NCBI GenBank assembly: GCA_965205015.1
Contig: OZ242029.1
Location: 1,664,001-1,728,000 of the forward strand
DNA: 64,000 nucleotides
Direction: 5' to 3'
Source: Candidatus Poribacteria bacterium
GTDB taxonomy: Bacteria > Poribacteria > WGA-4E > WGA-3G
In this document: piece after piece, positions 1 through 9,093 of the stretch
Layout of the letters: each line of letters starts with the position of its first letter
How positions within the stretch are numbered: position 1 is the stretch's first letter
Notes under the pieces: generated by a model
Databases searched by the model: none
What the model saw: the letters and a program-made list of their open reading frames with translations, nothing else
What the model was told of the DNA's origin: nothing
Translations under genes and position numbers: made by a program

Positions 1-117
1 GCGGATCTGATGCCGTATGGCGGCGTCAAAGAGAGCGGTATGGGCAAAGAGGGTCCGAAATACGCCATAGAAGAGATGACTGAATTGAAGATGGCGATCT
101 TCCATTTAGATGGTTAG
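1..117 (+). CDS. aldehyde dehydrogenase family protein, C-terminal end (partial)
   Basis: Frame 1 reads [30 protein letters not shown]...*, the ALDH C-terminal PxGGxKxSGxG motif. Confidence 0.9.
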   Translation, partial: ADLMPYGGVKESGMGKEGPKYAIEEMTELKMAIFHLDG

Positions 118-130
118 CGGATTTTTTGAG

Positions 131-163
131 AACGGGCAGATAACGACATCTGCCCGTTTTTTT
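131..163 (+). terminator. intrinsic terminator
   Basis: Hairpin aacgggcagat/atctgcccgtt followed by a T-run, between convergent genes. Confidence 0.7.
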
Positions 164-767
164 ATGCCTTTTGTGCTGCCATGCTGGCGAGGATACCGAG
201 GATTTTATCGCACCGTTCGATTGTGTAGGCTGCCATGTCAAGTTGAAGTTTCTTGCCCTCCAACTTAAGGAATACCCAATCTATGCCTGACGTGGTGGCA
301 CCATAGACGCAGGGGATGTCATTCCCGCTTTCGGTATTAAAACGTTGGGCGGCAACCATCTCTGCGACACACTGTCCAAGCCCGATTGTCAAATTATCCC
401 TTTTTGCTTCAACCAGGATGATAGCGGGTGCCTCCAAATGAAATTGGGCCGGCGACAGGCTTACCAAAAAATCACAAACGCCGGTCAATCCGTTTTCGGC
501 ATCAACATTAAAGTCAATCCCCGAGAAAAAACTGATATGACGGTTGAAGTGCTCCCAGAGTTCAACCAGAATTACGGAGATAATCAGTTCTGATTTTGCC
601 TTCTCCGTGCCCATAGCAAAAGCTAACGGCACATTCCGCTCCAGTGCTGTGGTAAGATGTGCACTCGGTTCCACGGGTTCTGCGTCGGAAAAGATACCGG
701 CGGCATTAACCTCTTCCAAGTCAAATGCTTTCTTCACCGTTTCTAAAGTCCAATCACTATATGCCAT
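162..767 (-). CDS. hypothetical protein, probable restriction-endonuclease-like PD-(D/E)xK fold
   Basis: Start taken at MAYSDWTL. Motifs CDFLVS...LVEAKRD...GLGQCVAEM...YGATTSG..W.FL. Confidence 0.6.
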   Translation of the reverse strand: MAYSDWTLETVKKAFDLEEVNAAGIFSDAEPVEPSAHLTTALERNVPLAFAMGTEKAKSELIISVILVELWEHFNRHISFFSGIDFNVDAENGLTGVCDFLVSLSPAQFHLEAPAIILVEAKRDNLTIGLGQCVAEMVAAQRFNTESGNDIPCVYGATTSGIDWVFLKLEGKKLQLDMAAYTIERCDKILGILASMAAQKA

Positions 768-845
768 GAGAGGAAGCCTCCGTTCTTTAATCTGATAATA
801 TCTATATTTTACCAAACGGCTCTGGTATTTTTCAAGTTAAAGAGA

Positions 846-872
846 AAAGGCGCGGTAGCAACCGCGCCTTCT
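846..872 (-). terminator. intrinsic terminator of the EF-G gene
   Basis: Hairpin aaggcgcggt/accgcgcctt, T-rich tail on the minus strand. Confidence 0.7.
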
Positions 873-924
873 AAATAGAGGGACTGAGGTCTGAAATCTC
901 GCTAAAAATTGGCTTTTCGATAGC

Positions 925-2997
925 CTACTCTTCCTCTTCGGTTTTCGACTCGGTGATTACCTTCTGCGCGACATCGTCAGGTGTGATCTCGTAATGTGAG
1001 AATTCCATTATAAAGGTGCCACGGGCACTCGTCATCGACTTGAGATCGATGGAATACCGGAGCATCTCCGAAAGCGGGACGTTTGCTTGGATGATCTGCT
1101 TTCTCCCCAACTGTTCAACACCCATTACTTGTCCACGCCGTCCGTTCAAGTCGCCGATAATGCTCCCCATAAACTGTTCAGGCACCGTAATCGCGACGCT
1201 CATAACCGGTTCGAGCAAGCACGGATCGGCTTGTTCGGCAGCGGCAGAAAAGGCGATAGAACCCGCGATCTGGAACGCCATGTCCGAAGAGTCAACAGGG
1301 TGATATTTGCCATCATAGAGATCAATTTGGATATCGACGATTGGGAAGCCAGCAAGTAAACCTCTATCCATTCTCTCACGGATGCCTTTTTCGACAGCCG
1401 GGATATAGTTACGCGGGATCGCGCCGCCGACGATGTTGTTAACAAACTCAAAACCTTCACCGCGTTGCAAAGGGGCAAGATTAATCGTGACATCGCCGAA
1501 CTGTCCTCTTCCACCGGATTGGCGTTTATGTCTACCTTGGACGCTCCGAACGCTGCGACGAATCGTTTCCCGATATGGCACTTTTGGCGGTGAGAGTCCC
1601 GTCTCGACGCCGAATTTGTCTGCCATTCGTTCCCGATTAATGTTAATGTGCAGGTCTCCGAGCCCAGAGATGAGAAGTTGTTTCGTAACTTCGTTACGTT
1701 CAATCCTAAACGTCGGATCTTCTTCGGACATCCGTGTGAGTGATGTTATCAACTTTTCATCGTCGCCTTCGCGCGTCGGGTGGATAGCATAGGAAATAAC
1801 GGAGTTTGGGAAATCAACACCTGGGAGTTGAATTGAGGCGTCTCTGTCGCAGAGCGTATCCCCGGTCTGGGTCACAGCAAGTTTCGTGAGTGCGCCGATG
1901 TCGCCTGCTTCTACCTGTGGTGTACTGATTGCCTCCTGACCGTTCATGAAGGCGGTTTTTCCAAGGCGTTCAATTTGTCCTTGCGTCGAGTTACTGACCT
2001 GAGTATCCCCTTGTAATGTGCCAGAGTAGACACGGAAGAAGCTCAATTGCCCCGCAAACGGGTCGGCAATCGTTTTGAAGACAACAGCGGACATCGGTGC
2101 ATCCAGTGAGGGTTCGCGACTGTCCTCTTCATTCTCTGCAGATGTAACTGCGCCTGCGTCGACCGGAGATGGGCAGCCGATCAACAGCATATCCATCAAT
2201 TGTTGCACGCCGATATTGTTTAAGGCAGCACCACAAAGCACAGGGGTAAACTGGTTCTCGAAAATCCCAAGTTGCAAGCCGTTCTGAATCTCTTCGTCTG
2301 ATAGCTCTCCTTCAAAAAACTTCTCAATGAGTTCATCGTCGCTTTCTGCAGCGACTTCGACGAGTGCTTCGCGGGTTTCTTCAGCCTGTGTCTCCAAGTC
2401 CGCGGGGATTTCGGCTTTTGCAGCACGCTTACTTCCATCGGGTTGCAAATAAGCCGCCATCTGTATGACATCGACGACACCGGCGAACTGCTCCTCTTTG
2501 CCGATCGGGAGTTGAATCGGAACCGCCCGAGTCTCTAAAATTTCTTCAACGCTTGCGAGTGCGTTTTCAAAACTGGCGTTCTCTTTATCCATTTTATTGA
2601 TAAAGATGAGGCGTGGCAGTTCATATTTGTCTGTGACTTCCCATACCTTTTCGGTGCCACCTTCGACACCGGTAGTTGCATCGACAACGACAATGACAGC
2701 GTCGACGACTCGGAGTACACTGTGGAGGTCGCCATAAAAATCTTCTGCGCCCGGAGTATCAATCAGATTTAGTTTATGTCCTTCCCATTCTGCAATACAG
2801 ACTGAACAGTTGAGGGTTGTTTTACGTTCAATCTCGTCAGCGGCATAGTCAGCTACAGAATTTCCACTATCGACAGCCCCCATTCGCTCAATAGCACCCC
2901 CGTTATAAAGCATCGCTTCAACGAGTGATGTTTTGCCTGCTCCTGAATGCGCGATAATTGCAATGTTTCGGATCTGGTCTGTCCTGTATTGTTTCAT
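925..2997 (-). CDS. fusA: elongation factor G paralogue (EF-G2 type)
   Basis: AHSGAGKTS, DTPG, NKMD, PYRETI, QSGGRGQFG, YHPVDSS, LLEP motifs. Start at MKQYRTD. Not in an rpsL-rpsG-tuf operon. Confidence 0.92.
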   Translation of the reverse strand: MKQYRTDQIRNIAIIAHSGAGKTSLVEAMLYNGGAIERMGAVDSGNSVADYAADEIERKTTLNCSVCIAEWEGHKLNLIDTPGAEDFYGDLHSVLRVVDAVIVVVDATTGVEGGTEKVWEVTDKYELPRLIFINKMDKENASFENALASVEEILETRAVPIQLPIGKEEQFAGVVDVIQMAAYLQPDGSKRAAKAEIPADLETQAEETREALVEVAAESDDELIEKFFEGELSDEEIQNGLQLGIFENQFTPVLCGAALNNIGVQQLMDMLLIGCPSPVDAGAVTSAENEEDSREPSLDAPMSAVVFKTIADPFAGQLSFFRVYSGTLQGDTQVSNSTQGQIERLGKTAFMNGQEAISTPQVEAGDIGALTKLAVTQTGDTLCDRDASIQLPGVDFPNSVISYAIHPTREGDDEKLITSLTRMSEEDPTFRIERNEVTKQLLISGLGDLHININRERMADKFGVETGLSPPKVPYRETIRRSVRSVQGRHKRQSGGRGQFGDVTINLAPLQRGEGFEFVNNIVGGAIPRNYIPAVEKGIRERMDRGLLAGFPIVDIQIDLYDGKYHPVDSSDMAFQIAGSIAFSAAAEQADPCLLEPVMSVAITVPEQFMGSIIGDLNGRRGQVMGVEQLGRKQIIQANVPLSEMLRYSIDLKSMTSARGTFIMEFSHYEITPDDVAQKVITESKTEEEE

Positions 2998-3289
2998 ACG
3001 TCCAAAAATTTCTCCTTTTACTGTTAACCACACGGAATAGAGCGAGCTACGCCGTTTAAAGATAAATCTTAGCACAATATGGCAAAAATGTCAAGAAAAT
3101 ATTTCTATTAATGCTGTCCCAAGCAAAAACGCCTGACATAACGTGTCGGATTTAAGGTATAATTAATTCAATTAATTATGGAAACTGTTCTCTATAAAAC
3201 TAAGTCAAGCCCGTAGGGGTTGACGGCTCTGGAGAAATGAACTTCAAAGTTCAAACTTCCGTGCTTTACCCGCAAGGTAAATTAAAAAT

Positions 3290-3658
3290 ATGCAAAATCT
3301 TTTCTTTGCGTTCGGTTCAGGTTTAAGTCTGCTTGGTGTTGTTTTCGGGGCGTTTGGGGCGCATGCGTTGCGATCAAAACTCTCGCCGGAGATGCTTGAG
3401 ACGTTTGAAGTCGCAGTTCGGTATCAGATGTATCACAGTCTGGGGATGATTGCTGCGGCGTGGGCGGTATCGCAGTGGCAGAACCAACTCACGGTGGTAT
3501 CGGGATGGTGCTTTTTGGCAGGTATCCTAATTTTTTCGGGCAGTCTCTATATCCTGAGCCTCACGGGGGTTCGATGGCTCGGTGCGATTACGCCGATCGG
3601 GGGGTTGGCATTTATTATCGGTTGGGGTTGTCTGACACTCGCTGCGATTCGCGGGTAA
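3290..3658 (+). CDS. DUF423 (YgdD/TMEM256) membrane protein
   Basis: GAFGAH, YQMYH, FSGSLY, GAITPIGG motifs. Confidence 0.9.
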   Translation: MQNLFFAFGSGLSLLGVVFGAFGAHALRSKLSPEMLETFEVAVRYQMYHSLGMIAAAWAVSQWQNQLTVVSGWCFLAGILIFSGSLYILSLTGVRWLGAITPIGGLAFIIGWGCLTLAAIRG

Positions 3659-3824
3659 AACGTCTGTGTTTCAGTCTGTTTAGGGTTGACAGTTGGGACA
3701 TGTTGGTGTAAAATAATGAGAACGAAAAGAACGTGATCTATCCACTTTGTGACGACCGCGAGCGTCCTTAACTCGAAAAACGAAATATTCGATGCTCCGG
3801 CTATAAATCTAAGGAGAATCTCTC

Positions 3825-4499
3825 ATGAAAAAGTTGAATATCCAATGGGTTTACGCGTGCATTTGCTTGGGCTTTATGCTAATTGGGCACACCACACAGG
3901 CGATTCGTTATGAGTTTGATAGTGACAAGGAGATTGCCGATTGGGAGTTGGGACCCCAGGCAACCGCAAAGGTGAAAGACGGTATGCTTGAACTTACCGT
4001 TGCCGGTGGGCAGAATTCAGGTATCTACTTTGGGGAAGAAAATTGGACGGATTATCGCATGGAAGTCAAAGCACGAAAACTTGCTGGACCCTATTTCCAT
4101 CTGTTCGTTCGGACGCAAGAACCCGCGGTGGATTTCTATTTCATGGAGATCAGTTACAACTCACATACAACTTCGATTTTCATGTTTCAAGGCGGTGGCG
4201 CAAATGAGATTACCGGCGGTCCGCGCCCAAAACGTCCCGACTCAAAGGACACCAAAGGTGGTGATGCATATACCATCGTCTTTGAAATAGAAGGGGAAAC
4301 CCTCAGAACCTACATTGATGGAAAACTGATGGTTGAAAACCAAGATAAAACCTACGATAAAGGTCGTCCCGGTTTAGGCGGTAGGGATTCAACTGTTGCG
4401 TATGAATATGTTGAAATCAATGGTGAGGGTATCCCACCGACAGCAGTGGAACCTGCTGACAAATTGGCTACGCTATGGGGTGAATTGAAGCGTAAGTGA
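3825..4499 (+). CDS. secreted beta-sandwich protein (DUF1080/lectin-like) with Poribacteria-type C-terminal motif
   Basis: Signal peptide, WTDYRMEVK, C-terminal AVEPADKLATLWGELK. Confidence 0.7.
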   Translation: MKKLNIQWVYACICLGFMLIGHTTQAIRYEFDSDKEIADWELGPQATAKVKDGMLELTVAGGQNSGIYFGEENWTDYRMEVKARKLAGPYFHLFVRTQEPAVDFYFMEISYNSHTTSIFMFQGGGANEITGGPRPKRPDSKDTKGGDAYTIVFEIEGETLRTYIDGKLMVENQDKTYDKGRPGLGGRDSTVAYEYVEINGEGIPPTAVEPADKLATLWGELKRK

Positions 4500-4648
4500 A
4501 CCAAAGTGGTTAGCTCGTAATGAAATTATGCCTTAAATGGCATAATTTGTCTTTGCTTTACATTTGGAGAGCGGATTTAAGGAACGCACGTCCAAGATGG
4601 GACGCACGTCGTTTGACCGCAAGGAATAATTAAAAAAGGAGGAAGACA

Positions 4649-5500
4649 TTGAAGAATCTTGCTATTCTTTTTCTCACGGTTTTAATTTCTACGCAGGTTG
4701 AAGCCAATTACAATTTTGCGCTTCACACCGATTCGCACCCTTGGGCGCGTGAAGACCTAAAAGGGGCTCAGGCGGAAATTGATACCTTGATTAAGATTAT
4801 TGATAATAAGGTAAACCTAACGGCTTTTGAACCCAAAGATATTAAGGGATTAGCCGATTGGGTCAAGGCACACACGGAGGGGGGTGGAAACACTCTTATT
4901 CTGACAGGGATCACCCCTTCAACAATTTATCCGACTGGTAATGCGAAACCCGATGGCTCGCTTCTTGAAGAGTTCCTTGATGCCGGCAACACGATTTTCA
5001 ATACGGGTGAATACACCTTCTACACATCGGAAGGACCCGCGGAAACGAATGGGCAAGCTGCATTACCCCATATCATTGACGTTCCAGAAGCTTTCGTGTG
5101 GATGAATAGAGGTCCGGACGCCTGGCAAGCCAATCCAGTGGAAATGACGCCGACACAGGAAGGCAAAGACCTCATACCGAGTCTGAAAGAGTATAACACC
5201 TCTTATCCGTTCCACGTGGAAGATTATGAGAAATCGCCGTGGGAGTTAGAGATCGCGCTGGCTGAAAATAAGGATGACGATTTACGGGTTGACCCCGCTG
5301 TAATATTCAACGAAGAGACTGGGGGTCGACTCGGTATTTTCGTTCAGGTCTATGTGGGGGATGTACCGCATCCGGGTGTCTCGTGGGGCGATATTATGGG
5401 GGAATTCATCGTTAACTATTACCTACCAGAGGTCTTATCGGTTGAACCTGTCGATAAATTAACAACGACTTGGGGAAACCTGAAAGGAGAGAAAAAATGA
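4649..5500 (+). CDS. secreted protein with Poribacteria-type C-terminal motif
   Basis: TTG start after AGGAGG, signal peptide, C-terminal SVEPVDKLTTTWGNLK. Confidence 0.75.
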   Translation: MKNLAILFLTVLISTQVEANYNFALHTDSHPWAREDLKGAQAEIDTLIKIIDNKVNLTAFEPKDIKGLADWVKAHTEGGGNTLILTGITPSTIYPTGNAKPDGSLLEEFLDAGNTIFNTGEYTFYTSEGPAETNGQAALPHIIDVPEAFVWMNRGPDAWQANPVEMTPTQEGKDLIPSLKEYNTSYPFHVEDYEKSPWELEIALAENKDDDLRVDPAVIFNEETGGRLGIFVQVYVGDVPHPGVSWGDIMGEFIVNYYLPEVLSVEPVDKLTTTWGNLKGEKK

Positions 5501-6267
5501 ACAAATTAGCATATCTTTTGGTGGCTGCAACGTTTTTGATGAGCTGTGTACTGGCGCATGCAGTCGATCCAGATAAGGATTTACTTATCTATTTACCTTT
5601 TGATGAGGGTAAAGGGAACACGGCGGAAGATGTTGGGCCTAATGGATTCGTTGGTGATATAAAGAACGCAAAATGGGTAGAGGGTGTCTCAGGTCAAGCA
5701 CTCCAATTTAAGGGTGGGAGTGTCAACTTTGATCCACTCAAAATTGATCAACCCAAGGAAATGACGATCGAATTCTGGTTCAAACCGGACGAGAAAATTG
5801 ACAGTGGCGCCCGAATTGATCTGCTCTATCGTTTGCAAGGTGGTGGACGACCTCATGTTACGTTCAATCGTGGTGGCATATTATTCGGATACTACTTTGC
5901 GACGCAAGGTGTGGAATTACCGATACACACGAATCATGATGCGTTTGAGCCGGAATGGTATTACTTCGTCGGGACGCAGACCAAACAGACTGGGTGGATG
6001 TATATTAACGGGGAGCTTGATAACGAAACGGATGCCGGTGGGGATGCCCGCATGGATTTCGGTACCCAAGGGATGTGCATCGCGGCGAGTCAGGGCAACG
6101 CCAACTTCTTCAATGGCATGATTGACGAATTTAAGATGTGGAGTGTCGCTTTCACTGCTGACGATGTCAAAGCCAGTATGGAAGCAACGCTTGCTGTGCA
6201 AGCGGAGGGTAAGTTGACAACGACATGGGGTAAGCTTAAATCGGGTTCTGATGGAATCAGGTTTTAA
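5497..6267 (+). CDS. secreted LamG/concanavalin-like protein
   Basis: ATGA overlap with the upstream gene. YLPFDEGKG, MTIEFWFKP, MYINGEL, FNGMIDEFKMW. C-terminal AVQAEGKLTTTWGKLK. Confidence 0.85.
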   Translation: MNKLAYLLVAATFLMSCVLAHAVDPDKDLLIYLPFDEGKGNTAEDVGPNGFVGDIKNAKWVEGVSGQALQFKGGSVNFDPLKIDQPKEMTIEFWFKPDEKIDSGARIDLLYRLQGGGRPHVTFNRGGILFGYYFATQGVELPIHTNHDAFEPEWYYFVGTQTKQTGWMYINGELDNETDAGGDARMDFGTQGMCIAASQGNANFFNGMIDEFKMWSVAFTADDVKASMEATLAVQAEGKLTTTWGKLKSGSDGIRF

Positions 6268-6285
6268 GCGTCTTACCTAACATGT

Positions 6286-9093
6286 CTACCGAATGAATGA
6301 GATATGGAGCGGACGGGTTGCTGAGCGGCCCTCCGCATCCACACAAGTTAACACATGCTTCCCTCTGGTAGGCGTAAGCCAGTATTGCTCTCCCGCGCTC
6401 CCTTGGAAAATTAACTCACCATCCAAAAACCAGAACAGATCCTGTGTCCGACTCGAAGCCGAGGCGGTCAATCGGATCTTTTGGTTTTCCAGCGGCACCC
6501 CTCCCCGAATGTAATAGATAGTGTTTTCTGCTGGAGATAAAATAATCGGAGCGTTCCCTGCAATTGTTCCGGTACACAAAGGGTTATGCTCGGGTAGAAT
6601 AGACACAGCAAAACCATTCTCTGCCAACCACGTCGCCGCATCGGCGGGCCACTCCTCAAATATGCGTGCTTCCGCTACAGATATGTCATCCCTACGGGGT
6701 TTCCTTTTAAGCACGCCAGCGGGGTGCGATGTCTGTAGCCCCAAATTCCCATAGTTAGGAATCCGACAGTGGGAGCAGAGACTGTATCCTGTTGTTTTGT
6801 CAACGTAGATGCGTTTATGAATTGAGCAGACCGCTACAGACGAGATACCCGGGATATACACATCCTCTTTATGCGTAGGACAGTGCGGTGAAACTGGTGC
6901 GCCACTCAAGGCACATACGTGTCGTGTTTTGATTTGTTCCGGCTTGGTAAACCAGCGGTGTGTGTCTTGTCCTGTTAAGGCAGTGAAGAGCGCGAATAGA
7001 ATCGGGGTTGCTGCATCTGTACCGCTCAGCATTGGCGTCCCTTTTCCATCGAAGTTCCCAAGCCATACACCGATTGTTAATGTCGGCGAGTATCCAATAC
7101 ACCACGCATCCCGATGTCCATAAGAGGTCCCGGTCTTCCACGCAATCTTCGGTAGGGTCATTGTCCTTTCAAAGGCTTCTGGATTTTTAACCGTGTTGGT
7201 AGGCAGTTGTGATTTTGTTAACATCTCGGTTATGATGAAGCTTGTCTCTTTTCGGAGTAAACGTTGCGTGAAATGGCTTTCGGAGCGTTCGCTGTGCTCA
7301 CTTTCGGCTGTCGGAAACCGTCGGTTAAGAGAGATTGAACGTTCAGATCCGTCTTGGGACTGACTGCTGATGGCTGATGGCTGATTGCCACTCTTCTGTT
7401 GGCTATTTCTTGGGAGGGTCAGTTGATAGGGTCCAAATTCTCCCATATTTGCCAACCCAGCATAAAGTGTTGTCAATTCAAGCAGATTTACTTCGCATCC
7501 ACCGAGAACCATAGAAAGTCCGTACTTTTGGGCAGGGGCGAGTGTAGAGATGCCAGCCTGTTTGAGGAAGGCGTGTAGTGTCGAACCCCCAACTCGTGCT
7601 GTGCGGTTTTCCAAGCGTGCCGTGAGATTAACGGCGGGAACATTGAGAGAACGTGCCAATGCCTGACGGGCAGTGACATAACCGTTATATTTTCCATCGT
7701 AGTTCACCGGCGTATAGTCAGCATGGGTAACAGGGACATCGAATAACAGTGTCTCCGGTGTAATCAAGCCCTCTTCCATTGCCAGTGCGTAAACGAAAGG
7801 TTTAAGGGCGGAACCGGGAGAACGCGGGGCGAGCGTCCCATTTATTTGTCCTAATGCCTTCCGGTCGAAAAAGTCGTGGGAACCTACCATTGCTAAGACG
7901 TGGCGGTTTTGGGTATCCATGACGATGACTGCACCTGTGCTGGTGCTATGAGACCCGCGCAAACTGGGTTGACGCTCTGCGTCCACCAGATATTCGTTAA
8001 GGATGCGTGCCGCAGTTTCCTGAACTTTCGTGTCTATTGTTGTGTATATCCTGCCATCTTTTGTTGATTTCGCAGACCAGCGGTTTTTCTTAACCAACAT
8101 CCGTGAGAGGTGGGGTGCTTTGAATGGAAGTGGGTGGCGTTTGTGCGGGATCGGTTCTTGAACTGCCTCTTGCCACTGCTGTTCAGAAATTTGTCGACGC
8201 GCCAGGAGCCGATTCAGGACTTTTTCACGTGCCTTTCGGGCGTTTTCTGGGAACCTGTCAGGTCGTAAACGTTCTGGGGCGTTCGGAATGGCGGCAAGAA
8301 GTGCGGCTTCCCCAAGGCTAAGGGCATGCTGGGGTTTGTTGAAGTAGAATCGCGAGGCTGCTGCTGTTCCGACTATATTTCCACCATACGGGAGCATGTT
8401 AAAATAAAACGCTAAGATCTCTGATTTGGAATAAGCATGTTCAAGTTGAACTGCGCGGAACATCTCGATGAGTTTGTTCGGAATGTTACGGGCTTTGGGT
8501 TCCATCAATCGAGCGAGTTGCATGGTGATGGTTGACCCCCCACGCACAACTTCACCCGCTCTCAAATTGTCATAGATGGCTGTTGCAATCGACACAGGAT
8601 TGATGCCATAGTGATAGTAAAACCACTTATCTTCTGAAGTTAGTATTGCTTGGTGTAGGAAATGGCTATCGGCCGTCGGTTGTCGGTTGTCAGTAATGCG
8701 TGTGGCAGGAAACATCGCTGTATCCTCCACAGCGTCTTCTGGTAGACTGGGGCGCAAGCCGCGTGTGGGAAACCTGCGGGACAATGCTGACTGCTGATGG
8801 CTGATGGCTATTCGCCACATGCCATCGTCAGCTAAAAATGCTCGAAGCCACTCACCGTTTCTGTCCAACACAATCTGAGATACAGGTGGATGGAGACGTG
8901 CTTTGGGTAACGGAAAACACCAGTTTGCGAGCATAAAGAGAGTCGCAATCAACAGGGGAGGGAATATGAAAATTATCAGTCTTCGGAAGAGAGGTTGCCG
9001 GTTGTCGGTTGTCGGTTGTCGGTTATAAGAGGGCCTTGTTAAACGAAAACCTCTTAACTGAAAACTGAAAACTGAAAACTGAAAACTCTTCAT
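6286..9093 (-). CDS. pbpC: penicillin-binding protein 1C
   Basis: Transglycosylase EDKWFYYH and GGSTITMQLAR, transpeptidase SALK, SLN and KTGTS. Coupled to the A2M gene. Confidence 0.92.
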   Translation of the reverse strand: MKSFQFSVFSFQLRGFRLTRPSYNRQPTTDNRQPLFRRLIIFIFPPLLIATLFMLANWCFPLPKARLHPPVSQIVLDRNGEWLRAFLADDGMWRIAISHQQSALSRRFPTRGLRPSLPEDAVEDTAMFPATRITDNRQPTADSHFLHQAILTSEDKWFYYHYGINPVSIATAIYDNLRAGEVVRGGSTITMQLARLMEPKARNIPNKLIEMFRAVQLEHAYSKSEILAFYFNMLPYGGNIVGTAAASRFYFNKPQHALSLGEAALLAAIPNAPERLRPDRFPENARKAREKVLNRLLARRQISEQQWQEAVQEPIPHKRHPLPFKAPHLSRMLVKKNRWSAKSTKDGRIYTTIDTKVQETAARILNEYLVDAERQPSLRGSHSTSTGAVIVMDTQNRHVLAMVGSHDFFDRKALGQINGTLAPRSPGSALKPFVYALAMEEGLITPETLLFDVPVTHADYTPVNYDGKYNGYVTARQALARSLNVPAVNLTARLENRTARVGGSTLHAFLKQAGISTLAPAQKYGLSMVLGGCEVNLLELTTLYAGLANMGEFGPYQLTLPRNSQQKSGNQPSAISSQSQDGSERSISLNRRFPTAESEHSERSESHFTQRLLRKETSFIITEMLTKSQLPTNTVKNPEAFERTMTLPKIAWKTGTSYGHRDAWCIGYSPTLTIGVWLGNFDGKGTPMLSGTDAATPILFALFTALTGQDTHRWFTKPEQIKTRHVCALSGAPVSPHCPTHKEDVYIPGISSVAVCSIHKRIYVDKTTGYSLCSHCRIPNYGNLGLQTSHPAGVLKRKPRRDDISVAEARIFEEWPADAATWLAENGFAVSILPEHNPLCTGTIAGNAPIILSPAENTIYYIRGGVPLENQKIRLTASASSRTQDLFWFLDGELIFQGSAGEQYWLTPTRGKHVLTCVDAEGRSATRPLHISFIR
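8663..8811. repeat. heptamer-bounded miniature element inserted in frame in pbpC
   Basis: tcggttg and gctgatg heptamer ends. Core gcgtgtggga(a/g)acct(g/a)cgggacaatgctga is shared with 10850-10972. Confidence 0.65.

Noticed and set aside
8993-9090. Short tandem repeats as a CRISPR array
   Set aside because: 7-bp units with no spacers, and no cas genes in the window
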